A stretch of DNA of 64,000 bases from an uncultured Gemmatimonadales bacterium (GCA_963730185.1 CAVSQW010000009.1:128001-192000), one strand, 5' to 3'; positions 20,290 to 30,814 are shown, numbered from the stretch's first letter. Numbers and translations: made by a program. Notes: generated by a model not told the origin, from the letters alone.

Positions 20290-21263
20290 GCCGGGGCCGC
20301 CGAGGCCACCGGGAGGGGCATGCGCTGGATCTCGCTCAGCCGGCCGATGTCGGCCTTGGCGGGCCGGCCGTCCTCGTCCTGCTCCAACAGGTTGACGAAC
20401 CGGGCTCCCCAGACGAACTCGCCGCCGGCGTACGACGTGCGGGCGTGCACGACCTCGGAGAAGTCCTCTTCGGTCGCGGTCATCAGGACGTAGAGCTCGG
20501 GGCGGCCAGCCTGGAACTCTTCGGCTGAGAGGCCATGGATCGGGCTGTCCTGGTCGATCGGATGGACAACCGTCCAGGTCGTCGGCAGGAAGACCACGTC
20601 GTCGCGCTCGAGCTTGAGACTGTAGAACTGCCGGGCACCGTTCTGGTTGAACGCCAGGTTCAACCGTGCCTGGACCTGGATCAACTCCGTCCGCCGGGCG
20701 TTGGCGGTTCGGAACATCAGGGCGGTCCCGCCGTGGTATGGTGCTACGACGGCCACGTCGCTGAACACGAGGCCGGCGTGCGGTCTCGAGATCCGGGCGA
20801 ACCCGACGCCCGCAACGATGGCGGCGCCGAGGAGGCCGAGGAGGGCTTCGAGGGTGACGAGGAGATTGGCCGTCACCGTGGCCGGCGCCACGTTGCCGTA
20901 CCCGATCGTGGCGAGTGTGTCGACGCTGAAGAAGAAGGCCTCCAACAGGCGTCGCCACCCACCGGCGGCGATCGCGCCTTGCAGGGCGTCGGGCCCGGCG
21001 GCCACGAACGCCATGGCGAAAAGCGCGTTGAGGCTTAGGAACCCTACCGCCACCCAGCCGAAGAAGCGGGGCCAGGTGATGTTCAGGAGGTAGTGATAGA
21101 CCGCGATCGAATCGAAGATCCCGAGCCCGACCCGTCGGGAGGTGAAGCTCCCGTCGCGGTTCATCAGGCGGCGTTGGTCGCTCCGCCCGAGCGCGGTCCC
21201 GAAGCCGAGGTCGCGCGGCTTGCGCTCCTCGGCATCGGGCGGATGGTGCTCCGGCGCGGTCAT
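20286..21263 (-). CDS. Inward-rectifier potassium channel (KirBac-like)
   Basis: ATG 21263 overlaps the DinB stop; two TM helices around FFFSVDTLATIGYG; FARISRP, WTVVHPIDQDSPI and ARTSY in the cytoplasmic domain. Confidence 0.93.
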   Translation of the reverse strand: MTAPEHHPPDAEERKPRDLGFGTALGRSDQRRLMNRDGSFTSRRVGLGIFDSIAVYHYLLNITWPRFFGWVAVGFLSLNALFAMAFVAAGPDALQGAIAAGGWRRLLEAFFFSVDTLATIGYGNVAPATVTANLLVTLEALLGLLGAAIVAGVGFARISRPHAGLVFSDVAVVAPYHGGTALMFRTANARRTELIQVQARLNLAFNQNGARQFYSLKLERDDVVFLPTTWTVVHPIDQDSPIHGLSAEEFQAGRPELYVLMTATEEDFSEVVHARTSYAGGEFVWGARFVNLLEQDEDGRPAKADIGRLSEIQRMPLPVASAAPA

Positions 21264-21793
21264 GCGGCGCCGAGGTACCGTTCCCGGATGACGCCCAAGT
21301 GGTGGCGCACGTGGCCCGGGATGACGAAGGCGAAGGCCCGCACCGACATCGGGTGACCGCTGGCCGTGCCCAGCCGGGCGGTCGCCTCGGTCGTCAGGGT
21401 CGAGAAGAAGGCCAGCGAGGCCCGCCGGACGGCGATCCATTCGTCGAGGAGGCTCGCCACCGAGCGATCGCCGAAGCGGGCGGGCGGGACCCAGGCGTTC
21501 TCGTCGAACGGTGGGAGCGGCGTGGGGTCGTTCCGCGCGAAGCACATGGCGCGGTAGCTCATCACCCGCTCCGTGTCGGTCATGTGGCCCAGGATCTCCT
21601 TCGGCGTCCACTTCCCCGGAGCGTAGGCGAAATCGGCCTTGCCGGGCGGGAGCCCCTGGTAGAGCGCTTTCACCTCATCGACCTGGGCCGCCATCATCCC
21701 CACGACGTTCGAATCGGGGACCTTGTCGATGTAGATCGAGTAGTAGGGTACGTGCTCGCCCGCGGCGGGGCGCTGGTACGTGGGTGACGTCAC
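21260..21793 (-). CDS. DinB/YfiT-like family protein
   Basis: YAPGKWTPKEILGHMTDTER, PLPPFDENAW, GHVRHH metal-binding histidines. Confidence 0.92.
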   Translation of the reverse strand: MTSPTYQRPAAGEHVPYYSIYIDKVPDSNVVGMMAAQVDEVKALYQGLPPGKADFAYAPGKWTPKEILGHMTDTERVMSYRAMCFARNDPTPLPPFDENAWVPPARFGDRSVASLLDEWIAVRRASLAFFSTLTTEATARLGTASGHPMSVRAFAFVIPGHVRHHLGVIRERYLGAA

Positions 21794-23451
21794 GGACGTT
21801 GCCTCGTGAAGCGAAGGTTGCGCACCCGGCCCGCGGAGAGCGCGAAGCCGTCGATCCTGCCCTTCGTGCGGGTGAACCGGAGGGCACCCTCCGGATTGGC
21901 GAAGGTGGCCGGCGCGGTGGGGTCGAGCGCCGCCGGGTCGCCGTCGGGCCGGGTCACCTGGAGCCGACCATCCCGGACGCCGATCTCGTAGGTGGCGTCG
22001 AGCTCGTCGCTATAGTAGCGACCGGTGTATGAGGACAGCTCGGATGCCGGCGGGGGCGCCATCCGCACGGCCTCGAACCGGACCTCGTCGTCGCTGCCGG
22101 CTCGGACCAGCCCCGCGGAGCGACCCCCGGCCGGCGGGTCGAAGCGGAGCTCGGCCGACCCGAACCGGAAGCGCCGCTCGCCGGCCGGTCGGAGGGGAAC
22201 CTCCACTCCGATATCGGCGACCAGGGTCGAGTCGCGGCGGACGATCCGGATCACTTCCTCGGTGGCCGGATTCCGATAGAGGCCCTCGAAGGCCGCCAGG
22301 TCGGCGGCCGAGGGGCGGGCCGCGGCGGCGCCGGTTGCCAGGGCTTCGGTCGGGGCCGTGCCCATGAGGATGTCCGCCACCTGGTGGGCCAGGCCGTCGG
22401 GGCCGGCGTTGGCCACGTTGCAGATCACCGCCATCGACAGGCCGCGGTCGGGCCATCGGGCCACGAAGGTCCGATAGCCGCCGGTGGCGCCGCCGTGGCT
22501 CACCTCGCGGGTGCCACGGAAGGTCTCGAGGCTCAGGCCCAGCCCGTAGTTCACCGTCCGACCGGTGGTGAGCACGGCCGGGGTCTCCATCGCCTCGACC
22601 AGGGCCCGCCCGCCGATCGTCGGATGGGTGAGCTGCTCGTTCCAGATCAAGAGGTCGCCGACCGTCGTGAGCAGGCCGCCGGCGCCGTAGACGTCCATGA
22701 ATGGCGCCGCCCGCTCGTATCCGCCCGCGGCGGGGCTGTAGGCGGTGGCCCGATCCGGTACCATCCGGTTCCAGTGGTTGCGCCATTGAGTGCGCCGCAT
22801 CCCGAGGGGCTCGAAGAAACGGTGGGCGGAAAAGCTGGCCAAGGGTTCGCCGCTGGTCCGCTCCACGATGTCGGCCAGGAGCAGGAACCCGGAATTGCTG
22901 TACAGGTAGTCGCTGTTGGGGGGGAAGTTGAGCTCCCGCTGGCGCACGATCATCCGGAGCGCCTGGTCCATCGTGAAGAGGCGGGTGCCCATTCCCTGCC
23001 CGGCCAGCTCGAACAGCGTCCACATGTCGCGGACACCGCTGGTGTGATGGAGCAGCATCCGGACCGTGACCGGGCTGCCGTAGTCGGGAAGCTCCGGGAT
23101 GTATCGCTGGACCGGGGCGTCGAGGTCGACCTTCCCCTCCTGGGAGAGCAGCACGATCGCCGCCGCGACGAACTGCTTGGCCACCGAGCCTGACTCGAGG
23201 CGCGAGTCCACCGTCAACGGGACCCGGAACTCGAGGCTGGCCAGCCCGTAGGCTTTCCGGTAGAGCGGCTGTCCGTCGCGGTCGACCCCGAGCACACAGC
23301 CGGGTCCGTTGGTGTGGTCCAGCCGAGCGAACACGGCGTCGATGCGCTGTGCCGTGTCGGCCGCGAGCTGGGCCGAGGCGGTGCCGGCGCCGAGGCAGAG
23401 CACCGCGACGGTGAGGGGGCCAGCCGCTCGAAGGGATCGGAGGGTCGTCAT
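21790..23451 (-). CDS. Exported class C beta-lactamase-like serine hydrolase with C-terminal extension
   Basis: Signal peptide; GSVAKQF (SxxK), LLHHTSG, YLYSNSG (YxN), HGG. Alternative GTG start at 23475. Confidence 0.9.
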   Translation of the reverse strand: MTTLRSLRAAGPLTVAVLCLGAGTASAQLAADTAQRIDAVFARLDHTNGPGCVLGVDRDGQPLYRKAYGLASLEFRVPLTVDSRLESGSVAKQFVAAAIVLLSQEGKVDLDAPVQRYIPELPDYGSPVTVRMLLHHTSGVRDMWTLFELAGQGMGTRLFTMDQALRMIVRQRELNFPPNSDYLYSNSGFLLLADIVERTSGEPLASFSAHRFFEPLGMRRTQWRNHWNRMVPDRATAYSPAAGGYERAAPFMDVYGAGGLLTTVGDLLIWNEQLTHPTIGGRALVEAMETPAVLTTGRTVNYGLGLSLETFRGTREVSHGGATGGYRTFVARWPDRGLSMAVICNVANAGPDGLAHQVADILMGTAPTEALATGAAAARPSAADLAAFEGLYRNPATEEVIRIVRRDSTLVADIGVEVPLRPAGERRFRFGSAELRFDPPAGGRSAGLVRAGSDDEVRFEAVRMAPPPASELSSYTGRYYSDELDATYEIGVRDGRLQVTRPDGDPAALDPTAPATFANPEGALRFTRTKGRIDGFALSAGRVRNLRFTRQRP

Positions 23452-23482
23452 CGGATTCGATCGGGTCGGAGTCACGCCGAAC

Positions 23483-26297
23483 TTAGCTGGCCGGCCCCGA
23501 TTGGGGCAGCAGCGTCACCCGAACGTAGTTCTTCCGGTCCAGATACCGCTGGGCCGCCGCCTTGAGCCGCTCGCGCGTGAGCAAGGGGAGCAGGTCGGTC
23601 GGGTCGATCCGCCGGGCCAACGGATCGCCGTTCTGCTCGGCCGAGACGATCTGTCCCAACCAGTAGCCGTTCTGACGGAGGTTGGTCTCGTGGGATCGGA
23701 TGATCGTCTCCCGGATCTTGTCGAGCTCCTTCTGGCCGGCTCCCTGCTGTTGGAGCGAGTCGATCTGGACGAACACGGCCCGCACCAGCTCGTCGGCCCG
23801 ATCGGGCGCCGAGCCAAACCCGATCGCGAACGAGTAGCGGTCGTTGGGGATCCGGGTCGGTGACGCCTGTACCGACACCCCGTAGGTGCCGCCCAACTCC
23901 TCGCGGAGGGCCTCGCGGAGCTTGATGTCCAACACGTCGGCCAGAGCGTCGATCACGAACCGATCGGCCCGCGAGTCCGCGAACGGTCCGGTGAAGACCA
24001 GCTGCGTCTGGCTCTTGGGCTCGACTCCCTTCCGGACGGTCCGCTCCACCACCCCCGTCGGCGGGGCGATCCCCACGTCCCGCCACTGCTCGATCCGGTG
24101 GGTGGCGGGCAGATTGCCGAGATAGCGGCGGACCAGCGGCTTCAGGGAGTCGAGCTGGAAGCTGCCGACCACCACGAAGGTGAAGTCGCTCAGGTCGCGG
24201 AACCGGTCCTGGTAGGCTCGGAACGAACGGTCCAGGTCGAGCGAGTCGATCTCCGTGGTCGAGAGCGGCCGGGTGCGGGGATGGTGCTGGGTGAGGGTGA
24301 CGGTCAGGGTATCCTGGAACGCCACCTGCGGGCTGGCGCCCCGGTTGGCGAGCAGGGCCCGGACGTTGGATTGGAACGCCTGGAAGGCGCCGGCGTCCTC
24401 CCGCGGCGCGGTCGCGTAGAGATAGATCAGCTGGAACAGCGTCTCGAGGTCCTTGGGCGAGGCGCTTCCCTGGAAGCCCTCTTCGTAGCTTCCGATGTAG
24501 GGGCTCACCCGAACGGTCTTGCCGGCGAGCTTCTTCTGCAGATCGATGGCCGAGAAATCGCCCACCCCGCCGAGCGTGACCAGCTGGCTGGCGAAGCGGG
24601 TGGCCAGGAAGAGACTGTCCGGCTCGACCGAGGTGCCGCCGGGGCTGAACGCATTGAGCAGTACCTCGTCGGCCTTGAAGTCGGTCGGTTTGGCGATGAC
24701 CCGAACCCCGTTGGCGAGGGTCCAGGTCGTGAGACCGAGGGCCGAGTCACGGGTCTCGGTCGCGATCGGCGCCGGCGCCAGCGCCGCCGCGACGAGCGGC
24801 GCGTCGGAGAGGTTCTCTTCGTACGCAGCCACTTGGCTCTCGCGGACCCGGTCCACCAGATCCAGCAGCTCGCGGCTCGACGGCACCGTGACGCTCGGCT
24901 TGTCGGGCGCGCTGACCAGCAGGACCCGATCCTTGAGGTTGAACCACGACTTGGCGGCCCCGTTGACCTCGCGCAGGCCGATGCCGGGGAGGAGCCGCTT
25001 GACCAGGTCGTACTCGTAGGCGATGCCCGGCGTCGGCTCGTGGGCCAGGAAGTTCTGAACGTACTCCTCCACGTAGCTCCCGGACTCGCTCTTCTCGCGC
25101 TCGGCGTAGGCATCTTCATAGGAACGGAGCACGTCGCGACGAGCCCGATCGAGCTCGCTCGCGGTGAAGCCATGCTGGTCCACCCGCTCGACTTCGGTGA
25201 GGACCGCGTGGAAGCCGCGGAGGATCCCGGTGTCGGGCACCGCCGCGCCCAGCGAGAAGACCTCCGCTTCGCGGACGAACCGCCCCTCGCCGCCGCCGGC
25301 GCCGATGAACGGTGGGTCGGGCTTCTGAGAGAGCTCGTAGAGTCGATCGTTGAGCATCCGGGCGTAGAGCTCACCGACCAGCGAGCGCCGGTAGGCGCCG
25401 ACGCTGCCTTCGTCTCCGGCCGGCCTGAAGATGTAGAGCGAGACGGTGGTGTTCGTCGCCTCCTTGTCGGTGGCGATCGCGGCGGCGGCGGTATCCCGCG
25501 GGGGTACGCCGTACTCCGGCGCGGGGCCGAGGGTTCACGGCCTTGGGAATTCGGCCGAGGTGGGTCTTGATCAGCCCTTCGACCTGATCGACGTCGAAAT
25601 CTCCCACCGCCACCACGGCCATCAGGTCGGGCCGGTACCAATCGTGGTAGAACCGGGTCAGGGCGGCCGGCTGGAAGGTCTCCAGCGATTCCTTGGTCCC
25701 GATCGGCAACCGATCGGCATACCGGGAGCCGCGGAAGAGCACCGGGAGCTGCTGGCGGAGGATCCGGCCCTGGGCCCCCTGCCCCAGCCGCCACTCCTCG
25801 ATCACGACGCCTCGCTCCTTCCGGATCTCGGTGGTGTCGAAGGTCACGCCGTGGGCCCAGTCCTGCAGGATCTGGATTCCGGTTTCGAGCAGCTTCAGCG
25901 TGTCGGTGGGCACCTGGAGCTGGTAGACCGTCTCATCGAACGAGGTACCGGCATTGAGGTCCGCCCCGAACCGCATCCCGATCCGCTCGATGTAGTCCAC
26001 CAGCTCCTGCTTGGCGAAATGCTCGGTGCCGTTGAACGCCATGTGCTCCACGAAGTGGGCCAGCCCCCGCTGGTCTGGATCTTCGAGGATCGAGCCAGCG
26101 TTCACCACCAGGCGAAGCTCGGCGCGCTTCTCCGGCCGGGTGTTGTGACGGATGTAGTAGCGGAGCCCGTTCGGAAGGGTCCCGATCCTGACCGCCGGGT
26201 CGAGCGGCAGCTGCGCGCCGGTGTCGGCCGGCGCCTGCGCGGCGGCCACGGAGACGGTAGACACGATGGCGAAAATGCCCGGAATGAGTCGCAGCAC
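23483..26297 (-). CDS. Exported M16 zinc protease (PqqL-like), with one apparent 1-nt insertion near 25520
   Basis: GTG 26297 after GAGG; signal peptide, GLAHFVEHMAFNGT (HxxEH). After NPRPR the frame changes to PEYGVPPRD...RMLNDRLYEL, joining the ORFs 25371..27605 and 23483..25357. Confidence 0.9.
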
Positions 26298-26311
26298 GAA
26301 GCCTCTTTCGA

Positions 26312-28024
26312 TCAATGGTCCAGCACGATGGAACGCTCCACGGTCCGTTCCAGACCCGACGGCGTCGCGGCCGTCAATCGGAGAGTGTAGCCCCCCCGCC
26401 CAAGGCGGCTCAGGTCGAGCTCGAACGCCCGGCCGAGCACCCGGTCTTCGGCGTCCGCGGCATGCCAGGCCAGGGTGAGCGGGGCCCGGCGCTTGACCAG
26501 ACTCAGGCCCTGGGCGATTCGGCCCAACAGGCCGCGACGTTCGGGGATCATCGCCACGCCGATCTCGACCGAGTCGGCGTCCACTCCCTGAATCTCCCAA
26601 TAGACCCCTACGGGTTGGGATTGCGAAAGGTGCATGGTGCCGATCGCTCGGTCCGCGGCCTCCGCCAGGGACCGGGGCAGCTCGTCGCCGGCCCGGAACA
26701 ACAGCGGGTCCGATACGGTCAGCCCTAAAGTGGGCTCGACCGGGTCGAGGAGACGCCGCGCCCGGGCCAGCCGCCGGGTCCCGGGGGCCGTCGCCTCGAT
26801 CGAGACGGCCACCGGCCGGCCGGCGACCCGGGCCCGGATCGCGCCGTGGTCGATGGCGACCGCCTTGCGCCGGGTCACGACGGGCTCCGCCAACCAAGCG
26901 GGCGCCACCGCCAGAGCCAGGTTCATCCCCGCCCGGCGGAAGGTCGTGTCGTGGGCCAGGTCCACCGCCGCCACGACGATGGTCGAGTCGCCCCGGACGA
27001 ACCGGGCGACCTGGTAGTCCTCGATGGTGACGATGGCGTCGGCGTACCCGGGCGCGTAGCGGGCCCGCGGGCGATCCGGCTGGAGCTCCCATCGGTACCC
27101 GGCCGCGCCGGAGCCGCCGGTGGGGCTGGGGATGAAGGCGAAGGCCGGGGTCCGGTCGTGTCCTACCACCGACGCCGGCTCCAACGTCAGGTACGACCGG
27201 TCGGCCACCGACCAAGCCACCGGCCATCCGTACCGCAGGGTCAGCTCCGCCAGGTCCGACCCCCAGGGCATGGCCTGCGGGGAACGCGAGTCCTCCAGTA
27301 GGGCGTTGATGACCCGGCGGGAGTCGAGCTCGGTGCGGAGATCGTTGCCGGGTTCGGACCACCGGGGTCGCGCCAGCCAGAGCACGCTGTCGCCGAGCGC
27401 CCGGCGGCCCTCGCAGTCGAGGTCGTCGAATCGGTCGGCCAGCTTCGATCCCAGCACCTTGCGCCAGTCGATCCACTCGCAACGGGTTTCGTCCGGCATC
27501 AGGTCGAGCGCGGAGCCGAAGGCCGAGTCGGCCTCGGCGTACCGCTCTGCGGCGTGGAGGGCGTAGCCCCGGAGCGCCGCGCACCACCAGGGCGTTCCCC
27601 GACACTGGTCCGCGGCCTTGACCGCGGAGTCGTTTCCGGCCGTCCCTCGCTCGACCCAGTAGCGGACCCGCTGGCCCGCGATCCAGTCGTCGCCGGGAAG
27701 CTCTCGTTGGATCCGGCTCAGGTGGTCGAGAAGGCGGACTCGGGCTCGCGCGACCGACGCCGGCTCGGCGGGAAGGGTGGTGTCGCCGTCATCGTACCAG
27801 TAGCAGAACCGGCCGATGTGCTCGTCGCATCGGCCGCTCGGGGACCAGGCTCGGGGCAGCTCGGCCCGCCGGGTTCTCTCGAAGGAGGCCTGCGCCTCAC
27901 GGACCGCATCGAGGGCGCGCGCCGAGTCGATCCCGCCGGTCTGGGAAGAGAGACCGGCCGGAGCCGCCAGGGTGGCGACGATGGAGAGTGTTACGAACCG
28001 CAACACGAGGGTCCTGCATACCAT
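26312..28024 (-). CDS. Exported Cys/Trp-rich hypothetical protein, GWxTD-domain-like
   Basis: Signal peptide; CDEHIGRFCYW, CRGTPWWCAAL, W...P....GNDLRTE...R and LRYGWP motifs; beta-rich C-terminus. Confidence 0.7.
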   Translation of the reverse strand: MVCRTLVLRFVTLSIVATLAAPAGLSSQTGGIDSARALDAVREAQASFERTRRAELPRAWSPSGRCDEHIGRFCYWYDDGDTTLPAEPASVARARVRLLDHLSRIQRELPGDDWIAGQRVRYWVERGTAGNDSAVKAADQCRGTPWWCAALRGYALHAAERYAEADSAFGSALDLMPDETRCEWIDWRKVLGSKLADRFDDLDCEGRRALGDSVLWLARPRWSEPGNDLRTELDSRRVINALLEDSRSPQAMPWGSDLAELTLRYGWPVAWSVADRSYLTLEPASVVGHDRTPAFAFIPSPTGGSGAAGYRWELQPDRPRARYAPGYADAIVTIEDYQVARFVRGDSTIVVAAVDLAHDTTFRRAGMNLALAVAPAWLAEPVVTRRKAVAIDHGAIRARVAGRPVAVSIEATAPGTRRLARARRLLDPVEPTLGLTVSDPLLFRAGDELPRSLAEAADRAIGTMHLSQSQPVGVYWEIQGVDADSVEIGVAMIPERRGLLGRIAQGLSLVKRRAPLTLAWHAADAEDRVLGRAFELDLSRLGRGGYTLRLTAATPSGLERTVERSIVLDH

Positions 28025-28163
28025 CGTCCTGAGGATAGGGGGCGGATCGGCCGGCCGCCAGCCTGGCCCCCGGCCGCTTAGGTTACAAGGGTGCGCCCGG
28101 GCATGAGCCTTGCTTTCGGTTCCGACCCGACGCCTCGTCACCCGACCTCCACCAACCCCGACG

Positions 28164-29933
28164 ATGACCTGGCAAGCCTGGCTCACGCTCGCGGTCACGC
28201 TGCTCACGGTTCTCTCCCTGGCCCGCGATTGGATCGCACCGGCCACGGCGATGATGGCCGCGGCCGTGCTGTTGCTGGTGACGGGGGTCATCACCCCGGT
28301 CGAGGCGTTCGACGGGTTCGGCAACCCGGCACCGATGACGGTGGCGGCGCTCTACATTCTGGCCCGGGCCGTCGAGAAGACCGGCCTCCTCAGCCCTTTG
28401 GTCAACGGAATGATGGGGGCTTCGACCGGTGGCCGCGCCACGCTGGCCCGCTTGGTCGTGCCGGCCGGTCTGGCGTCGGCCTTCCTCAACAACACCCCGA
28501 TCGTGGCGATGCTCATCCCGGTGGTGCTCGCCTGGTGCGAACGGCGAGGCGCCTCGCCCTCGCGATTCCTGATGCCGCTGTCGTTTGCGGTGGTGCTGGG
28601 CGGCGTGGTCACCGCGATCGGTACCTCGACCAACCTGGTGGTGAGCGGTCTGCTCCAGTCGCAAGGCATGAAGCCGATGGGGCTGTTCGAGATCACCCCG
28701 ATCGGGCTGCCGGTGTTCGTGGCCGGCCTGCTGCTCCTGATCCTGATCACGCCCTGGTTCCTGGCCAGCCGCCGCCCGGCCCGGGAGTCGCTCGACGAGG
28801 GATTCCGCGAGTTCGTGGTGAACATGGACGTGGTCGCAGGGGGGCCACTCGCGGGGATGCGGGTGGAAGAGGCCGGGCTTCGAAGTCTCCAGGGGGTCTT
28901 CCTGGCCCAGATCGAGCGGGAGGAAGAGGTGCTCGCCCCCGTGAGCCCGGCGACGGTGCTTCGCGCCCACGATCGGCTCTGTTTCGTCGGGCGGGTCGAC
29001 ACGGTGGTCGACCTCCAGCGGATGCGGGGCTTGGCGCCCACCGAGCAGAACCAGATGACCCACTTCGACACCACCCGCCACACGTTTTTCGAGGCGGTGA
29101 TCGGGACGGCCTCACCGCTGGTGGGGCGGACCATCAAGGACGTGGAGTTCCGGAGTCGCTACCAGGCGGCCGTGGTGGCCATCCATCGCTCGGGTGCCCG
29201 GGTCAACGCGAAGCTCGGCGACGTGCGTCTCCGGGTGGGCGACACGCTGTTGCTGCTCACCGACCAGAACTTCCGCGAGCGCTGGCGGGATCGGAACGAC
29301 TTCCTGCTGGTGGCCACGATGGGCGGTGCGCCTCAGAGCGTGACCCGGAAGGCCTGGCTCGTGGGGCTCGTTACCCTCGGCATCGTCGGGGTCGCGGGCC
29401 TCGGTCTGCTTCCCATCCTCCAGTCGGCTCTGGTCGGCGTCGGGATCCTGATCCTGGCGGGTGTCCTGACCGCCGGCGAGGCGCGGAGCGCGGTCGACCT
29501 CGACGTCATCATCGTGATCGCGGCGTCGTTCGCGCTGGGCATCGCGATCGAGAAGACCGGGCTCGCGGCGACCGTCGCCCACGCGATCGGCGCCGGCTTC
29601 GGACGGTTCGGCACGGCCGGGGTGCTGGCGGGGGTGGTGCTCGGAACGGTGACCCTGACCGAGCTGGTGACCAACAACGCCGCCGCCGCCCTGATGTTCC
29701 CGATCGGAATCGAGGCGGCCCACCAGGCCGGGGTCGACCCGCGTTCGTTCGCCATCGCGGTGGCGGTCGCCGCCTCGTGCTCGTTCCTGACCCCGATCGG
29801 CTACCAGACCAACACGATGGTTTACGGTCCAGGCGGATACCGCTTCGGCGATTACGCCCGGCTCGGCCTGCCGCTCACGGTGCTGATGATGGTCACGATC
29901 GTCATCGCGGTTCCCCTGGCCTGGGGGTGGTGA
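28164..29933 (+). CDS. SLC13/DASS family permease with TrkA-C domains
   Basis: SAFLNNTPIVA, IGTSTNLVV, two TrkA-C segments, TELVTNNAAA, FLTPIGYQTNTMVYGPGGY. Confidence 0.95.
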   Translation: MTWQAWLTLAVTLLTVLSLARDWIAPATAMMAAAVLLLVTGVITPVEAFDGFGNPAPMTVAALYILARAVEKTGLLSPLVNGMMGASTGGRATLARLVVPAGLASAFLNNTPIVAMLIPVVLAWCERRGASPSRFLMPLSFAVVLGGVVTAIGTSTNLVVSGLLQSQGMKPMGLFEITPIGLPVFVAGLLLLILITPWFLASRRPARESLDEGFREFVVNMDVVAGGPLAGMRVEEAGLRSLQGVFLAQIEREEEVLAPVSPATVLRAHDRLCFVGRVDTVVDLQRMRGLAPTEQNQMTHFDTTRHTFFEAVIGTASPLVGRTIKDVEFRSRYQAAVVAIHRSGARVNAKLGDVRLRVGDTLLLLTDQNFRERWRDRNDFLLVATMGGAPQSVTRKAWLVGLVTLGIVGVAGLGLLPILQSALVGVGILILAGVLTAGEARSAVDLDVIIVIAASFALGIAIEKTGLAATVAHAIGAGFGRFGTAGVLAGVVLGTVTLTELVTNNAAAALMFPIGIEAAHQAGVDPRSFAIAVAVAASCSFLTPIGYQTNTMVYGPGGYRFGDYARLGLPLTVLMMVTIVIAVPLAWGW

Positions 29934-30417
29934 CGGCGCCCGAGCCGAGGAAGAGAGGGGCGAACCGCCGCTTGAACTCGGCCTTCCGTTCGTCGGGATC
30001 GCGGCTCCGAAGGCCGCGACACCGATGCTCGGCGTGGGCGTCCCAGCCCCCGGGCCAGGCCTTGAAGATCAGCGACTGACACGCGGGGCAGAGTACCTTG
30101 CGGCCCACTACCAGCGCCGCGGTGAGTTCCGCCGCGTTGACGATCACGCCGGCGGCGTCGAGTCGGGGCAGGAGCGAGCCTTGGCTCGCCGCGAGGGTGA
30201 GCGGAATCTCCGCCTCGAGCGCCTCCATGCCGAGCGCGAGCGCCGCGGTCGCCAGGTCGGCCGTCACGGTCGGGTGCCGTTCCAGGAACTGCTCCAGCGT
30301 CCCGCCTCGATCGAGATGGTCGGTCAGGGCCCGGATCGGCACCCGAGTACCCGCGAAGACGGCGGTTCCTCGCCGAACGCCAGTGGTGCGGGTCGCTACC
30401 TGATGAAGCGGACGCAT
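29902..30417 (-). CDS. DUF433 domain protein with C-terminal Cys/His putative zinc finger
   Basis: GTAVFAGTRVPIRAL..HL..G.TLEQFLERHPTV (DUF433); CPAC...WPGGWDAHAEHRC. Confidence 0.8.
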   Translation of the reverse strand: MRPLHQVATRTTGVRRGTAVFAGTRVPIRALTDHLDRGGTLEQFLERHPTVTADLATAALALGMEALEAEIPLTLAASQGSLLPRLDAAGVIVNAAELTAALVVGRKVLCPACQSLIFKAWPGGWDAHAEHRCRGLRSRDPDERKAEFKRRFAPLFLGSGAVTTPRPGEPR

Positions 30418-30430
30418 GTCGGGCTGGCGC

Positions 30431-30814
30431 TCAGTGCGATCGGAGCGACCTGGCCACCAGGCCGATACCGCCGGCGAGACCGCCGAGAATGAGCAGGGTG
30501 TTGAACAGGCTGGTCGGTCGGAAGAAGATGGTCAGGTGGGTGATGATCCCGAGCAGAATGATCAGGGCGCCGCCCAGGGTGAGGGCCCACCCGACCAGCG
30601 ACTTGCCGTTGAAGAAGAGAATGCCGATCCCGATCAGGAGGGGTACGAGGGAGAGGCCGAACGCGTCGTACCCGAACCAGGTCCAGAACCCGGTGGTGAC
30701 CGTGACCTGGCTCAGCAGGAGGTAGCCGCCGCCGACCACGAGCGCCGCGCCGAGGAGGAATTCGCCCAACCCGCCCGGTGTGCCTCCAGGACCGCGGGAC
30801 GCCGTCTCCGTCAT
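30431..30814 (-). CDS. Small 4-TM hypothetical membrane protein
   Basis: GGAGG RBS; GPGGTPGG N-terminal motif, four hydrophobic segments, GIGILFFNGKS. Confidence 0.8.
   Translation of the reverse strand: MTETASRGPGGTPGGLGEFLLGAALVVGGGYLLLSQVTVTTGFWTWFGYDAFGLSLVPLLIGIGILFFNGKSLVGWALTLGGALIILLGIITHLTIFFRPTSLFNTLLILGGLAGGIGLVARSLRSH

Noticed and set aside
29902..30814. Classical type II toxin-antitoxin pair
   Set aside because: No PIN/DUF5615 or other recognisable toxin lies next to the DUF433 gene.
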